This document shows positions 16,577 to 27,900 of a stretch of DNA of 64,000 nt, piece by piece. The stretch lies in assembly GCA_902767225.1 (NCBI GenBank), contig CACXGN010000015.1, forward strand, positions 29,526 through 93,525, written 5' to 3'. The notes under the pieces were generated by a model that did not search any database, was not told the origin of the DNA, and worked only from the letters and a program-made list of their open reading frames with translations. The DNA is from an uncultured Eubacteriales bacterium. Lineage in GTDB: Bacteria; Bacillota; Clostridia; Christensenellales; Borkfalkiaceae. The position numbers were made by a program, and so were the translations under genes. How positions within the stretch are numbered: position 1 is the stretch's first letter; every line of letters starts with the position of its first letter.

Positions 16577-17811
16577 ACGTTATGTTAACCCCGCACGAGT
16601 TAAAGGGAAAAACAGTCGCGCCGAGTTCAAAGTCTTACGCGCACAGATACATAATAGCGGCGTGCCTTTCGGGGAAGAAAACCTTAATAAAAAACGTGGG
16701 TTTTAGCGAAGACGTGCTTGCGACAATAAGGTGCATGAAGGCGATGGGCGCAGACTGTGAACTAACTTCCGGCTGCTTAAAAGTAAAATCCTTTTCGCCA
16801 AGAAAAAACGCTGTTTTAGATTGTGGCGAAAGCGGATCTACTCTTAGGTTTTTGCTTCCGATAGCCGCGGCACTAGGGGTAAACGCGACGTTTATCGGCA
16901 GCGAAAAACTTCTTTCAAGACCGCTTAGCGCACTTAAAGAAACTCTTATAAATCACGGAATTACCTTTGACGGATTTAAAATCAGCGGCAGGCTTTCCGG
17001 TGATAAATTCACGGTGGACGGCAGCGTCAGTTCGCAATACGTAACGGGGCTGCTGTTCGCGCTTGCGATACTTGAAAGAGAGTGCGAACTTGAAATAGTC
17101 GGAAATAAAGTTAGCGGCGGATACGTGGATATAACGCTTGACGTTTTAAAAAACTGCGGAATAAAAATTACGGAAACCGAAAACGGCTACAAAATATTTC
17201 CGTCTAAGTTTTTGCCGAATAATAAAATAACGATCGAGGGCGACTATTCGGGTGCGGCGTTTATGCTATCCGCAGGCGCGATTAAAAATAAGGTTTGCGT
17301 TAAGGGGCTTAACGCATGTTCAAAGCAGGGCGACCGGAAAATTATCGATATACTCTCAAAGTTCGGCGCGAGTGTAAAACTCGGCAAGTCTTCTATCTCC
17401 GTCCGAAAAAACGAATTGAACGCAATAACCTACGATTGCGAAGACGTGCCCGATCTTGTTCAGATTATTTCCGTTGTGGCGGCTTTTTCAAAAGGCGAAA
17501 GTGTGCTTAAAAACGTGGGCAGATTAAAGTATAAAGAGAGCGACAGGATAAAGGCGATAACCGATATGCTAGGTAGCGCAAAAATAGATTGCTATCTTGT
17601 GGAAAACGACCTGCATATAATAGGCGGAAAGCCGTTCGGCGGAAAGTTTTTCAGCAACAACGACCACAGAACGGCTATGTCTTCTACCATACTCGCGTGC
17701 TACGCTTCGGGAAATTCTATAATTGAAGACGCGGGCGCGGTTAAAAAGTCTTATCCGGATTTTTATTCCGATCTTAAAAGTTTAGGGGGAAAGTTCGATG
17801 TCGATATTTAA
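16573..17811 (+). CDS. aroA: 3-phosphoshikimate 1-carboxyvinyltransferase (EPSP synthase)
   Basis: 412 aa. SKSYAHR, GESGSTLRFL and DHRTAMS motifs. Confidence 0.9.
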   Translation: MNVMLTPHELKGKTVAPSSKSYAHRYIIAACLSGKKTLIKNVGFSEDVLATIRCMKAMGADCELTSGCLKVKSFSPRKNAVLDCGESGSTLRFLLPIAAALGVNATFIGSEKLLSRPLSALKETLINHGITFDGFKISGRLSGDKFTVDGSVSSQYVTGLLFALAILERECELEIVGNKVSGGYVDITLDVLKNCGIKITETENGYKIFPSKFLPNNKITIEGDYSGAAFMLSAGAIKNKVCVKGLNACSKQGDRKIIDILSKFGASVKLGKSSISVRKNELNAITYDCEDVPDLVQIISVVAAFSKGESVLKNVGRLKYKESDRIKAITDMLGSAKIDCYLVENDLHIIGGKPFGGKFFSNNDHRTAMSSTILACYASGNSIIEDAGAVKKSYPDFYSDLKSLGGKFDVDI

Positions 17812-18856
17812 AGGAGATAAACTCACCGTAGAAATTTACGGGGAATCGCATTCCGAAAAAATAGGCGCGGTAGTTTCGGGTATGCCCGAAACGACGGTAG
17901 ACCTTGAAAACCTTTCGCAATTTTTAGATAGAAGAAAGGCAAACGGCGGAGTTTTTTCCACCGCAAGAACGGAGAAAGACGAACCTGTGTTTTCGGGACT
18001 TTATAACGGAAAGATCTATGGCGATTATTCGTTTTATATCGTCAACGGCAACGTAAAGAGCAAAGATTATTCCGACCTTTTCGGAAAGCCGAGACCGTCG
18101 CATGCGGATTACGCTTGGCACTTAAAAGACGGAACGCTCGATTTTTCGGGCGGCGGCAGATTTTCGGGACGTATGACCGCGCCGCTTTGCGTGGTTGGCG
18201 GAATTTGCAAGCAATATCTTTTATCTAAGGGTATTAAAATTTGTGCTTACGTTTCCCAAACGGGAAACGTTATAGGCAAGTCTTATAAAGACGGAGAATT
18301 AAACTATAACGACATAATAAAAGAAAGCAAGGGCGAATATCCGTCTCTTTCAAAAAAACAAGAAATGCTCGACGAGATTGCGGCAGCAAAAAAAGACGGC
18401 GACTCTGTCGGCGGAAGAATAGAGTGCGTGATATTCGGGTTAAACGGCGGAGTAGGAGATAATCTTTTCGGCGGGTTAGAAGGCAAAATATCTTCGCTTA
18501 TTTATTCCGTTCCCGCGGTTAAAGGGGTAGAGTTCGGCGCGGGTTTTGATTTTATCAAAGGGCGCGGAGCGGAGATGAACGACGGGCTATATTATAAAGA
18601 CGGAAAGGTGGAATTTTTATCCAACAATTCGGGCGGAATAAACGGCGGAATAAGCAACGGCGCGCCCGTAACGATAGGCGTAGCAATGCGTCCGACTCCT
18701 TCGATAATGAAAGAACAACGCACGATAGACTTGGTCAATAAAAAAGACGTGAAAATCAAGATCGGCGGCAGGCACGACGCTTGCATTTTGCCGAGAGCCG
18801 TTCCGTGTATAGAATCTGCGGTGGCGATAGCACTTACCGATATAATAGGAGAATAA
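17798..18856 (+). CDS. aroC: chorismate synthase
   Basis: 352 aa. GESHS..., RPSHADY, GGGRFSGR and GGRHDAC motifs. Confidence 0.9.
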   Translation: MSIFKGDKLTVEIYGESHSEKIGAVVSGMPETTVDLENLSQFLDRRKANGGVFSTARTEKDEPVFSGLYNGKIYGDYSFYIVNGNVKSKDYSDLFGKPRPSHADYAWHLKDGTLDFSGGGRFSGRMTAPLCVVGGICKQYLLSKGIKICAYVSQTGNVIGKSYKDGELNYNDIIKESKGEYPSLSKKQEMLDEIAAAKKDGDSVGGRIECVIFGLNGGVGDNLFGGLEGKISSLIYSVPAVKGVEFGAGFDFIKGRGAEMNDGLYYKDGKVEFLSNNSGGINGGISNGAPVTIGVAMRPTPSIMKEQRTIDLVNKKDVKIKIGGRHDACILPRAVPCIESAVAIALTDIIGE

Positions 18857-18858
18857 AG

Positions 18859-20001
18859 ATGGAAGATTTAATCAAAATCAGAGAAAAAATAGACAGTATC
18901 GACGACGAAATAGTTAAAGAGTATATCGAAAGGATAAATCTGTGCGGCATGGTCGCCGAAGAAAAGAAAAAGACGGGCAAGGCGGTATCGGACTTGGAAA
19001 GGGAAAGGAAGATACTATACCGCATCACCGAAAACGTGCCCGAAAAATATCACACGCTATTAAAAGAACTGTATAGCACGATTTTTGCAACATCGAAAGC
19101 CTATCAGTCTTCGCTTATCGGAAGCGCGAGTAAAACCAAAAGCGCGATTGATAAAATAATAGAAGGCGGGCTAACAGACCTTCCGGAAAGAGCCGCGGTA
19201 GCGTGCCAAGGAGTTAAGGGTGCAAACAGCGGAACAGCCGCCGAAAAACTTTTTCCGATAAGCGATCTTAACTACTTTAAGACCTTTGAAGGGGTGTTCT
19301 CCGCGGTGGAAAGCGGGCTTTGCGATTACGGCGTTCTGCCAATTGAAAACAGCACGGCGGGATCGGTGCTCGACGTATACGACCTTATGAAAAAATACGA
19401 TTTTCACATTGTTCGCACCGTCAGAATAAAAATCGAACATTGTCTTGCGGCTATTCCCGGTGCGACTTTATCGGGAATAAAAAAGGTGGTATCGCACCCG
19501 CAGGCGATAAGTCAATGTTCGGAATACATAAAATCGCATAAGTTAGACTCCGAACTCGGAGAAAACACGGCGATCGCCGCTAAAAACGTTAGCGAACAAG
19601 AAGATAAAACGGTTGCGGCAATTTGTTCGCCGGACTGCGCCGCGCTTTACGGTTTGCAAATATTAGAACGCGCCGTGCAAAACAACGTCAATAATTTCAC
19701 GAGATTTATTTGCATAGCGAAAGACCTTGAAATATTTAAAGGCAGCGATAAAATAAGCGTTATGACCGCCTTGTCGCATAGACCGGGCAGCCTTAACGAA
19801 ATGCTTATGAAGTTTTCTACCTTGGGGCTTAACCTAACCAAGATAGAATCCCGCCCCATCGTAGGCACCGACTTTGAGTTTATGTTCTATTTCGACTTCG
19901 AAGGGGATATCACAAGATCCGACGTATTGAATTTGATCGCGGAACTCGAAAACAGTTCGGATAAATTCGTGTTCCTTGGAAGTTATAAAGAAATAATTTA
20001 A
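18859..20001 (+). CDS. pheA: bifunctional chorismate mutase / prephenate dehydratase with C-terminal ACT domain
   Basis: Starts MEDLIKIREKIDSIDDEIVKEY (CM_2 domain), then a PDT domain (GVKGANS...ENSTAGSV) and an ACT domain (SHRPGSL). ATG 18859 follows AGGAGAATAAAG. The track start at 18781 overlaps aroC. Confidence 0.9.
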   Translation: MEDLIKIREKIDSIDDEIVKEYIERINLCGMVAEEKKKTGKAVSDLERERKILYRITENVPEKYHTLLKELYSTIFATSKAYQSSLIGSASKTKSAIDKIIEGGLTDLPERAAVACQGVKGANSGTAAEKLFPISDLNYFKTFEGVFSAVESGLCDYGVLPIENSTAGSVLDVYDLMKKYDFHIVRTVRIKIEHCLAAIPGATLSGIKKVVSHPQAISQCSEYIKSHKLDSELGENTAIAAKNVSEQEDKTVAAICSPDCAALYGLQILERAVQNNVNNFTRFICIAKDLEIFKGSDKISVMTALSHRPGSLNEMLMKFSTLGLNLTKIESRPIVGTDFEFMFYFDFEGDITRSDVLNLIAELENSSDKFVFLGSYKEII

Positions 20002-20010
20002 GGTGAACTT

Positions 20011-20439
20011 ATGAAAATTTTAGTTATAAACGGCGTAAACTTAAATATGCTGGGCGTGAGAGAGCCGGATCTTTACGGTAAGCAAAGTTATAAAGCGCTT
20101 ATATCAAAAATAAAAAAAGAAGCGGCAAAACTCGGCGTAAAGGTAAAGTGCGTTCAGTCGAATTACGAAGGTAAGATCGTGGAGTTTATTCAAAAGGCGT
20201 ATAGAAAATTCGACGGAATAGTCATAAACCCCGGGGCGTATACTCATACTTCCGTCGCCATTTTAGATGCGCTTAAAAGCGTGAATATTAAAACGGTGGA
20301 AGTGCATATAACCGACGTGGACAGTAGAGAAGAATTCAGAAAGATAAGTTACGTAAGTCTTTATGCCGAAAAGAAAATTTCCGGAAAAGGGTTTGACGGA
20401 TATATAGAAGCAATTAAATATCTTTCAGAAAAAGTCTAA
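20011..20439 (+). CDS. aroQ: type II 3-dehydroquinate dehydratase
   Basis: 142 aa. ILVINGVNLNMLGVREP...INPGAYTHTSVA signature. Confidence 0.9.
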   Translation: MKILVINGVNLNMLGVREPDLYGKQSYKALISKIKKEAAKLGVKVKCVQSNYEGKIVEFIQKAYRKFDGIVINPGAYTHTSVAILDALKSVNIKTVEVHITDVDSREEFRKISYVSLYAEKKISGKGFDGYIEAIKYLSEKV

Positions 20440-20446
20440 AAAGTTG

Positions 20447-20478
20447 AAAATCCCGCAAAAATGCGAGATTTTGTATTT
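20447..20478 (+). terminator. intrinsic terminator ending the aro operon
   Basis: AAUCCCGCA-AAA-UGCGAGAUU (one mismatch) followed by UUGUAUUUU. Confidence 0.6.
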
Positions 20479-20608
20479 TAACCATAAAAATATTAAAAAA
20501 GGTATTGAAAAAAGCGAAATAATGTATTAAAATATAATATATAATTTGAAGACTTGATACGGAAAAGCGAAATTTGTAGAAAAAAATATTGTCAAAGGGG
20601 TTAAAGTT

Positions 20609-23600
20609 ATGTTTAACAAAACCAAGAAAAGAATTTTTATTCCGATTTGCAGCGCGGTGCTTGTCATATGTTCTATAATGGCGGTCGCTTTCGGAAAAAC
20701 TTCGTCAAAACCTATCGTCGCGGAGGCGGCTACTGCTTTTGACGAGAACAACATCGTTTTCAGAATAGCGAACGTTTCAGACTCTCACGTCGGTGTCACG
20801 TATTCTCAGCTTGGCGGAAACACAAGCAGAAAGAGTTCTGCCTACGGATATGAGTTCCCGACGATGGATAACTTAGAGCGCGCGATGAGTTATTTTAACT
20901 CCGCTTACGGAAAAGCCGGAATCGACGCAATTATGCATTGCGGCGACTTGACCGAAAACGGGCTTGCTTCTAACGTAGACAGTTATTTTACTGTTCAGAA
21001 TAAATACTTCAAAGGCACGCCTTTTGTATTCACGCTCGGAAACCACGACGTTTACTGGAGTGGTTGTATGAATCGTTCTGCGTGGTTCGACAAGCTTAAC
21101 GAATACGGCGTTTACGCGCACGATACGGATTTAGATATCGCCAGAAACTTTGCCGATAGGCACACGGTCATATCTAAAAATGGCGTGAACTATCACTTCG
21201 TTTCGGTGGATATAAATAACTACGGATTCAGTTCCTCAACCAAAGAATCGTATAACACTTTGGCTGCCGAAACGAAAACCTGGCTTAAAAAGACTTTAAA
21301 CGAGATTCAAAAAGATGAAAACGCTTTCCCGTATATTTTCGTCAACAGTCACTCTCCCTCTAAAAACGACGCCTACGGCAGTTTGCATAGCGCATTATAC
21401 GAGAATCTGGGCTACCTTTATGGTGGAAACGCGCTTAACGAAGCGACGGGCACTTCCGTTTGGGGCGCTTCGCAAGACCTTGACGATATATTAAAAGATT
21501 ATCCGCAGGTAATTCTTTTCACCGGTCATACCCATATGGGAACGACGGACGAAAGAAATATAAATCAAACGACTTATACGCAGATAAACAGCGGTTCTGT
21601 ATCCGACTATGTTTCGGATTCGATCGGCGTGTTTAAGCGTGCTAACACAGACACTTCCGGAGAACCTAAATACACCAGAGATCAGGGCAACGGTATGGTT
21701 ATCGAAGTAGATAACCAAGGCAGAATAAGGATAGCGAGATACGATTTTTATAACGGTTCTTCGCCCGCTTCCGGAACTACCGGAAGGATGAAAGCCTCTT
21801 TAACGGGCGGCGGATACTGGTATCTTAACGCCTATTCGGAAGACGGCTCGCATTTAGACAGTTACAGCAGAAAAACCGTAATGGCGAAAAACACCGCGCC
21901 GTATTTTGAACCTTCCGCAAGGGCGACCGTATCGCGCGCGTCGGTAGGGGCGAACATATCCGTTACCTTCCCGAAAGCGAAAGACGACGATATGGTTTAT
22001 TACTATAAAATCGATTTGATAGATCACTCTACGGGCAAAGTGGTTTATTCGTCGCTCGTTTTAGACGAATTTATCGAATACCCGACTTTTGCGAATATGC
22101 CGAAAACGCAGACCTTTACGTTTGCGGCAAACCAAGCAAAAGTAAAGGCGATCGCGGGGGACTTTGAAGTAAGCGTAACTCCGTTTGACTCTTTCGGGCT
22201 TTACGGGCACTCTCTTGTCGGTTCGAGCATAACGACCACTAACGGTTGGTCGACCACGCAAAGTTCGCAAGGCGTAAGTATCGGCGGCGCAAACGCACAA
22301 ACGGGGCATGCTTGGATGAGCTTTAATACTTACGGAACTGTTGCCACGTATAATGAAAAAGTGCAACTTGACGGGCTTAAAATAAAAATGACCACGCACT
22401 CTACCGACATAGGATACGTCGGCTTCGGATTTGCTAAAAACTTCGGCGATTCGCCCGTTCTTGCAAAGACGAGTTTTAACGCTGTATTTTGGCCGAAATA
22501 TAACGGTATGACTGCCGCACAAACAAGACTTGTTTTGGCGCGCGATCATGATTACTCGGTTGATGCTTCGATAGCGTATAAAACGCCAGACTGCACACCC
22601 GGAAACAATAACGAAAATAAACTTATCACCGCTTACGGCACACAAAATCTTGTGTTCAATTTGGGAACTTGCACGGCGACTTTCACCTTCACAAAGATTA
22701 AATCGTGTTGGAAAGTAGATATAGAACATAACGGCTGGGAAGGAAATTACGGCACGGTTTACGTTCCGAGTAATTATTTTGAAAACGTTATGGACGCCGA
22801 CGGAAAGGCGTATGTGGTAGGGCAAGGCAATGCGTCCGACAAAACTAAATCCCTTTCGGTGGAGATCTATATAGACAAAGCGGAAGAGACGCCGACCTTT
22901 TCTTATGACAGGACGGATAATTCGTATACCGTAACTGGGCTTCGTTCCGAATATAAGGCGGTAACTCTTTCGCAGGCACACTTCTTAAACGGATTATCGT
23001 TTACCCTATCGAGCGACAATTACTCGACCGTAAACAACGACGAGTGGCTTGGAGTAGTCTTAAAAAGACACGCAGTTTACGGATATAAACCGGATAAAAC
23101 GGTTGCGGACGTTTCAGGACTGCACGTTATAATTAAGCCGAGTTGGAGCTCGACTAACGGTGGACAGACGAGAGTGTTTATCAACTCTGACGGCGGAGAC
23201 GATACTTATTGCGTATATAAAGACGAGGCGCTTACCACAAGGGGATTCGGCGTTTCTACAGTAGCCTGGGTCGGAAACGGCACGAGTGAGAGCATGAGTT
23301 TCACGTTTACTTTCAACAAAATCAGCAGTTCTGTTTGGAAGGTAACTATTTCCAACGTTGTGGGAACGAAAAACTGGAGTTCTTCGCAAACGATGGTAGG
23401 CTATATTAAAGCCGCAGATATGGCAAAGGCTATTGACGACAGCGGGAGAACTTACGTTATAGCCAAAGGAAAATCCGCGGGGCATAAGAGTTTGTCCGAA
23501 AAGATCACGTTCGTAGATCCGTCATACACGGTTTCGTTTAACGGCAACGGTGCGGGAAGCGGTAGCGTTTCGCCTATGAATATAAGATACGGCGCGGCAA

Positions 23601-24748
23601 AACTATTAAACGAAAACAACTTTGTTAAAACCGGATACGACTTTAAGGGCTGGGCGACTTCTGCCGGCGGCGCAGTAGTTTATGCTGATAACGGTTCATA
23701 CGAGATACCCGAAGGCGGCGCTACGTTATATGCGGTATGGCAAGCAAAGAAATATAATCTTACCTTTATTGAAAAAGGAAAAGAGACTGTCAAAACGGGT
23801 ACTTACGGACAAAAGTATAACCTTCCCGAACTTAAAAACGCAGACGGTGCTGTGGCAATCGGTTGGAAAACGGCGGATGGTTCGCTATATAACGAAGGTT
23901 ATGGGTATCCCGTCAGCGAAGATGCGACGTTCACCCTTTGGTATGCGAATATCTCGCATACTATCGGCGCTTCGATAAGGCTTGTAAATGATGCCGATGA
24001 TTGCGGAATAAGGTTCGCAAATCAATTTAGCAATGTCGGTTCGGGCGTTATAAAAGGATATAAAGACATTTCTGACGTTGTTACGTCGACAGGTATTATC
24101 GTAATGCCGAAAAATCTTATCGGCGAACAAGAATTTACCTATGAAAATTACTCGGGCGACTCGCAGGCGGGAAGACTTTTGATCGACAAATCGGATTTCG
24201 TATTTGTGGACGGAAAGATGGAGACAAAACTTTCCATAATAAATCTTTACGCCAAAAACTATAACAGAGAATTTTCTTCGAGATCGTTTATAGGAATAAA
24301 ATACAGCGACGGCAGCACGGATGTTCACTATACTGACTTTACAGATACGAACAACACAAGGTCTATAACAAGCGTGGCGACTTCGCTTATTAACTCTACT
24401 ACGCATAGAAGCGGAGACGGCAAATCTTCTTATTCGCAAAAACTTTTAGACAATATATATAGATTTATCGACGGAACGCTAACCGTTTCGGAAAGCGGCG
24501 GAACGTATGCGCTTACCGATAACGTCAACTCTTCTTATAGGGCAAAAGACAATAATTCCAAAGTTTCGCTTTCGGTAACGGGAAGCAATAGTGGAAACAC
24601 CGTAACTCTTAACATCACCGTAGACGCAGATAGGTTTGAAAGTTTACTTGGCGGTAATTTTAGAACGCTTACCTTTAATGGGGAAAGATACAGAACGTTC
24701 ACTCAGTCGCAAAACGGAAACGTCGTAACGGTAACGTTTAATAAATAA
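20609..24748 (+). CDS. giant secreted protein: metallophosphoesterase head, two copies of an unassigned beta-rich module, Listeria-Bacteroides (Flg_new) repeats, and a shared C-terminal module
   Basis: 1379 aa. Signal peptide/anchor. All calcineurin-type phosphoesterase motifs are present (SDSHVG, CGDLTENG, GNHD, NSHSP, GHTHMG). Flg_new-type repeat YTVSFNGNGAGSG...GYDFKGWAT...LYAVW at about nt 23525-23760. The C-terminal module GASIRL...CGIRF... is shared with the next two genes. Confidence 0.75.
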   Translation: MFNKTKKRIFIPICSAVLVICSIMAVAFGKTSSKPIVAEAATAFDENNIVFRIANVSDSHVGVTYSQLGGNTSRKSSAYGYEFPTMDNLERAMSYFNSAYGKAGIDAIMHCGDLTENGLASNVDSYFTVQNKYFKGTPFVFTLGNHDVYWSGCMNRSAWFDKLNEYGVYAHDTDLDIARNFADRHTVISKNGVNYHFVSVDINNYGFSSSTKESYNTLAAETKTWLKKTLNEIQKDENAFPYIFVNSHSPSKNDAYGSLHSALYENLGYLYGGNALNEATGTSVWGASQDLDDILKDYPQVILFTGHTHMGTTDERNINQTTYTQINSGSVSDYVSDSIGVFKRANTDTSGEPKYTRDQGNGMVIEVDNQGRIRIARYDFYNGSSPASGTTGRMKASLTGGGYWYLNAYSEDGSHLDSYSRKTVMAKNTAPYFEPSARATVSRASVGANISVTFPKAKDDDMVYYYKIDLIDHSTGKVVYSSLVLDEFIEYPTFANMPKTQTFTFAANQAKVKAIAGDFEVSVTPFDSFGLYGHSLVGSSITTTNGWSTTQSSQGVSIGGANAQTGHAWMSFNTYGTVATYNEKVQLDGLKIKMTTHSTDIGYVGFGFAKNFGDSPVLAKTSFNAVFWPKYNGMTAAQTRLVLARDHDYSVDASIAYKTPDCTPGNNNENKLITAYGTQNLVFNLGTCTATFTFTKIKSCWKVDIEHNGWEGNYGTVYVPSNYFENVMDADGKAYVVGQGNASDKTKSLSVEIYIDKAEETPTFSYDRTDNSYTVTGLRSEYKAVTLSQAHFLNGLSFTLSSDNYSTVNNDEWLGVVLKRHAVYGYKPDKTVADVSGLHVIIKPSWSSTNGGQTRVFINSDGGDDTYCVYKDEALTTRGFGVSTVAWVGNGTSESMSFTFTFNKISSSVWKVTISNVVGTKNWSSSQTMVGYIKAADMAKAIDDSGRTYVIAKGKSAGHKSLSEKITFVDPSYTVSFNGNGAGSGSVSPMNIRYGAAKLLNENNFVKTGYDFKGWATSAGGAVVYADNGSYEIPEGGATLYAVWQAKKYNLTFIEKGKETVKTGTYGQKYNLPELKNADGAVAIGWKTADGSLYNEGYGYPVSEDATFTLWYANISHTIGASIRLVNDADDCGIRFANQFSNVGSGVIKGYKDISDVVTSTGIIVMPKNLIGEQEFTYENYSGDSQAGRLLIDKSDFVFVDGKMETKLSIINLYAKNYNREFSSRSFIGIKYSDGSTDVHYTDFTDTNNTRSITSVATSLINSTTHRSGDGKSSYSQKLLDNIYRFIDGTLTVSESGGTYALTDNVNSSYRAKDNNSKVSLSVTGSNSGNTVTLNITVDADRFESLLGGNFRTLTFNGERYRTFTQSQNGNVVTVTFNK

Positions 24749-24761
24749 ATAATTCACAACA

Positions 24762-24790
24762 AAAAAAGCGGGTTTTTCCCGCTTTTTTTG
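24762..24790 (+). terminator. intrinsic terminator
   Basis: AAGCGGG-UUUUU-CCCGCUU followed by a U-run. Confidence 0.75.
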
Positions 24791-24822
24791 ATGTTTTTTA
24801 ACACTTTCAAAAAATTTCGGTA

Positions 24823-24851
24823 TTGACTATCAAATTTTTATAATATATAAT
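24823..24851 (+). promoter_or_regulatory. promoter of paralogue B (TTGACT-17-TATAAT)
   Basis: TTGACT 24823-24828 and TATAAT 24846-24851. The same ATTGACTAT core recurs at 28625 and 32426. Confidence 0.55.
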
Positions 24852-24909
24852 GTATATAGGATTATGGGCAGATTTTTGTAAGAAGTCTTTAAAATAAAGG
24901 GGGATTTAT

Positions 24910-27900
24910 ATGAAAAAATCCTTAAAGACGAAAATTATAACCGTATTATCCTTGATTTTTGTGCTTTTTATCGCGGCGTTTTTCGGCTTTTTGCATGCAG
25001 AGAAGAACATGGCAAGCGCTGCTTCGGGTTGGACTTTAAGGGGTAGCACATATTCGGATTACTTCGGTTGGTCGGGCTACGGCACAGGTAGCGAAGGATA
25101 TTCGTTCAGAGAATCCGACGGATACGTAGATTCGTCTAACGTGTTCGGGTTCGGTTCGCGTATCGTGACTTCAAAGCCTGTCAAACTCGACGGGGCGGTA
25201 ATCACCGTATATTGCGACAACGTTTTAACTTCCGCCGCGGATAGCGACTGGTTCGGGTTCTGTTTGGGCTCGGCTATAAGCGAAACTTATCCTACGCTTA
25301 CAACGTATACTCAGTTCTGCGTAAACTTCCGTCCGAGACTTTGGGGGCAGACGAGAGTTGCAATAGGATTAAACGATTTGCACGCGGCAATAAGCGGTTT
25401 TACGCCTGTTGCGTTTAACGACAAAGCGCTTACCAACGCAAACATAAGTAACGTTGGCGTAAACGAATACGTATTAAACGTCGCCCAAACAACCGGGCTT
25501 GAATTCGAATTCCACTATCTATCTTCCGATAACGTATGGCAAATAAAAGTTTCCGATCCTTTGGGCATCATGTGGGCAGCCGGATCGAAAACGATATACG
25601 CTTCGCCGGCTAGGATAAAGGCGGCGTCCGGTTCAGGTGCGAGCACTATGGTGTATTTAGCGTTATTCGGCAATAAGGGGGATAATTCTCCCGCGACCAG
25701 CATGGCAACGCACGTTAAGATAGAAGACGATAATACAAGAGCGGCAGTTCCGAGCATGGCGGTAGCGGGCGATGGCACGGCAACCATAACAAACATAACG
25801 CAAGGACACGCAAATCAGGTAAGATTTAGTAAAAACGATAAGGTTACTCTTGATGGACTTACGGTAGATCTTTTCGATACGGCTATGCCCACGACTTACG
25901 GTCAGTATTTCGGATTCGGGTTTGCTAAAAATGCGGAAGATTATCCGAATGATTCTACGCTGGAAAACAAATCGCTTAACGTAGTTTTCGCACCCGGAAG
26001 ATGGTCGGGGCAAACCAGACTTGTTTTCAATAATAGTGCGAACGACAATGCGGCAATCGTATATACCGACAAGGCGCTTACAAATCAGGCGATAGGTTCG
26101 GGAACGCCGAACTACGTTTTCAAAAATACCGCAAACATAGGAGTTAGCCTTTCGTTTAAGCACCTGTCAAGCGACGGGGTTTGGCAAATGGATATAACCG
26201 TTACGGCGGGAACTCTTATCGGGGCGCACGTTTCCACGGTTTACTTTGCCGAAAGTTGGGCGAACAACGTTTTAGACGCGAACGGCAAGTGCTATATCGT
26301 GGCATACGGATTTATGGATTCTTCGGCAATCAGCACGCCTGTCAGATTTAACTTAAAGGTTCAAGACGGATATACCGTAACCGAAGTTATCGACGGGGTA
26401 ACCACGACATATAAATATTCCGCGGGCAGCACATACACGTTCACACAAAGATACGTTAAAGATAAACTCAATATAGGCTGGACGAGCGGAACTACTTTCT
26501 ATAATTTAGGCAGCACATTAACTATAAATTCTAACGTAACGGTAACCGCAGATTTTGTCGGATTTGCTCAAACCCAAGGCGCTTCCGTCCTGCTTCAATC
26601 GGCACTCGACTATTCGGGAATAAGATTTGAAACAAGGCTTAAACAAACTTCTTATAACACGTATTCTTCTAAGATCGCAGGTATCGGAATAATCTTAATG
26701 CCCGCGGACTTAATTGAAGACGGCAAGGAATTTACTCTTGCAAATTACGGTGGTGAAAGCGGCGCGGGAGATGTTTACGCGGCAGCGTCAAAGTTTAATT
26801 TCGACGGCGGCGAAATGTATTTAAGAGCGTCTATAATAAGACTTTATCCTTCAAATTACAGCAGGCTTTTCGCGGCGAGATCTTACGTTAAATTATCGAA
26901 CGGAGATCTTGTGTATACCGACTTTGTTAAAGCGAACAACACAAGAACGATTCATACCGTCGCGGAAAAAGCGTTGGCTGCGGGGGCGACAGATCCGAAT
27001 AACTGCCTTGCGGTTTATATGGACGGCGTTCCGAACGTAATAGAAAGCAGCGGAACATATTCTGTCTCCGATGCGAGCGGCAGGGCGGATTCCGATAAGA
27101 TAATAAAAAGCGTAACGGGATCTATTTCTGGAACTACCGTAACTCTTAATTTCACGGTAGACGCGGCTAAGTTCACTTCGATTTTAGGCGGCACGTTCAA
27201 GGGCCTTATCTATAACGGATACAGAATTAAAAGCGGCACTCAATCTTTAAGCGGGAGCGTGGTAACTATGACTTTCAATAAACCAACCGGCGTTTATTCC
27301 GACACGGTTAAAAATATTTGGCTCGGCGACACCATGTATGACGAAAGTATTGTGCTTACTGCGGAAACCGATTCGAACAACAAAGTAATTTCCGCACCTA
27401 AGGCAAAAATAATTTTTGACGCTAAGTCTATCGTTTCGGTAAAATGGTATTTCCACAATTCTAGAAAATCTCTTCCCATCGATCAGCAGACGATAACCTT
27501 TACCGAAGGGGTTGACTATAAATACGAAAACGGATATATAGTCGCACTCGGCAGTATCAATTCCGACGGAACGTTCGCGACGGATATGCCTTACGTTACA
27601 GACAAGCAAGTTTCGGGCGACGTTACCTGGCCGGGAATGAGCGAAAACAACTATCCGAGAGTGGGTGGCGGAAATATTCCGTTCAGCGAAAATAACGAAA
27701 TCCACCAAATGCAACTTGCGGTAACTTACACCCACGCTCAAAACGCATGGGAAGGATACGTTCCTTCCTATCAGGGAACAAAACTTCCCAAAACCATGGC
27801 GAAGTTAAACGCCGGACAGGATATCAAACTGTTCATTTACGGCGACAGCGTCGCAACCGGTGCAAACACTTCTAAGTATCTCGGAAACAACCCGTTCACC

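Noticed and set aside
22061-22981. 306-aa minus-strand ORF inside the first giant gene. Similar antisense ORFs: 23885..24439, 25663..26163, 27247..27741, 32931..33494, 38766..39182, 52296..52922
   Set aside because: All are Arg/Ser/Phe-rich antisense frames of long, well-supported + or - strand genes. They have no RBS and no recognisable domains.
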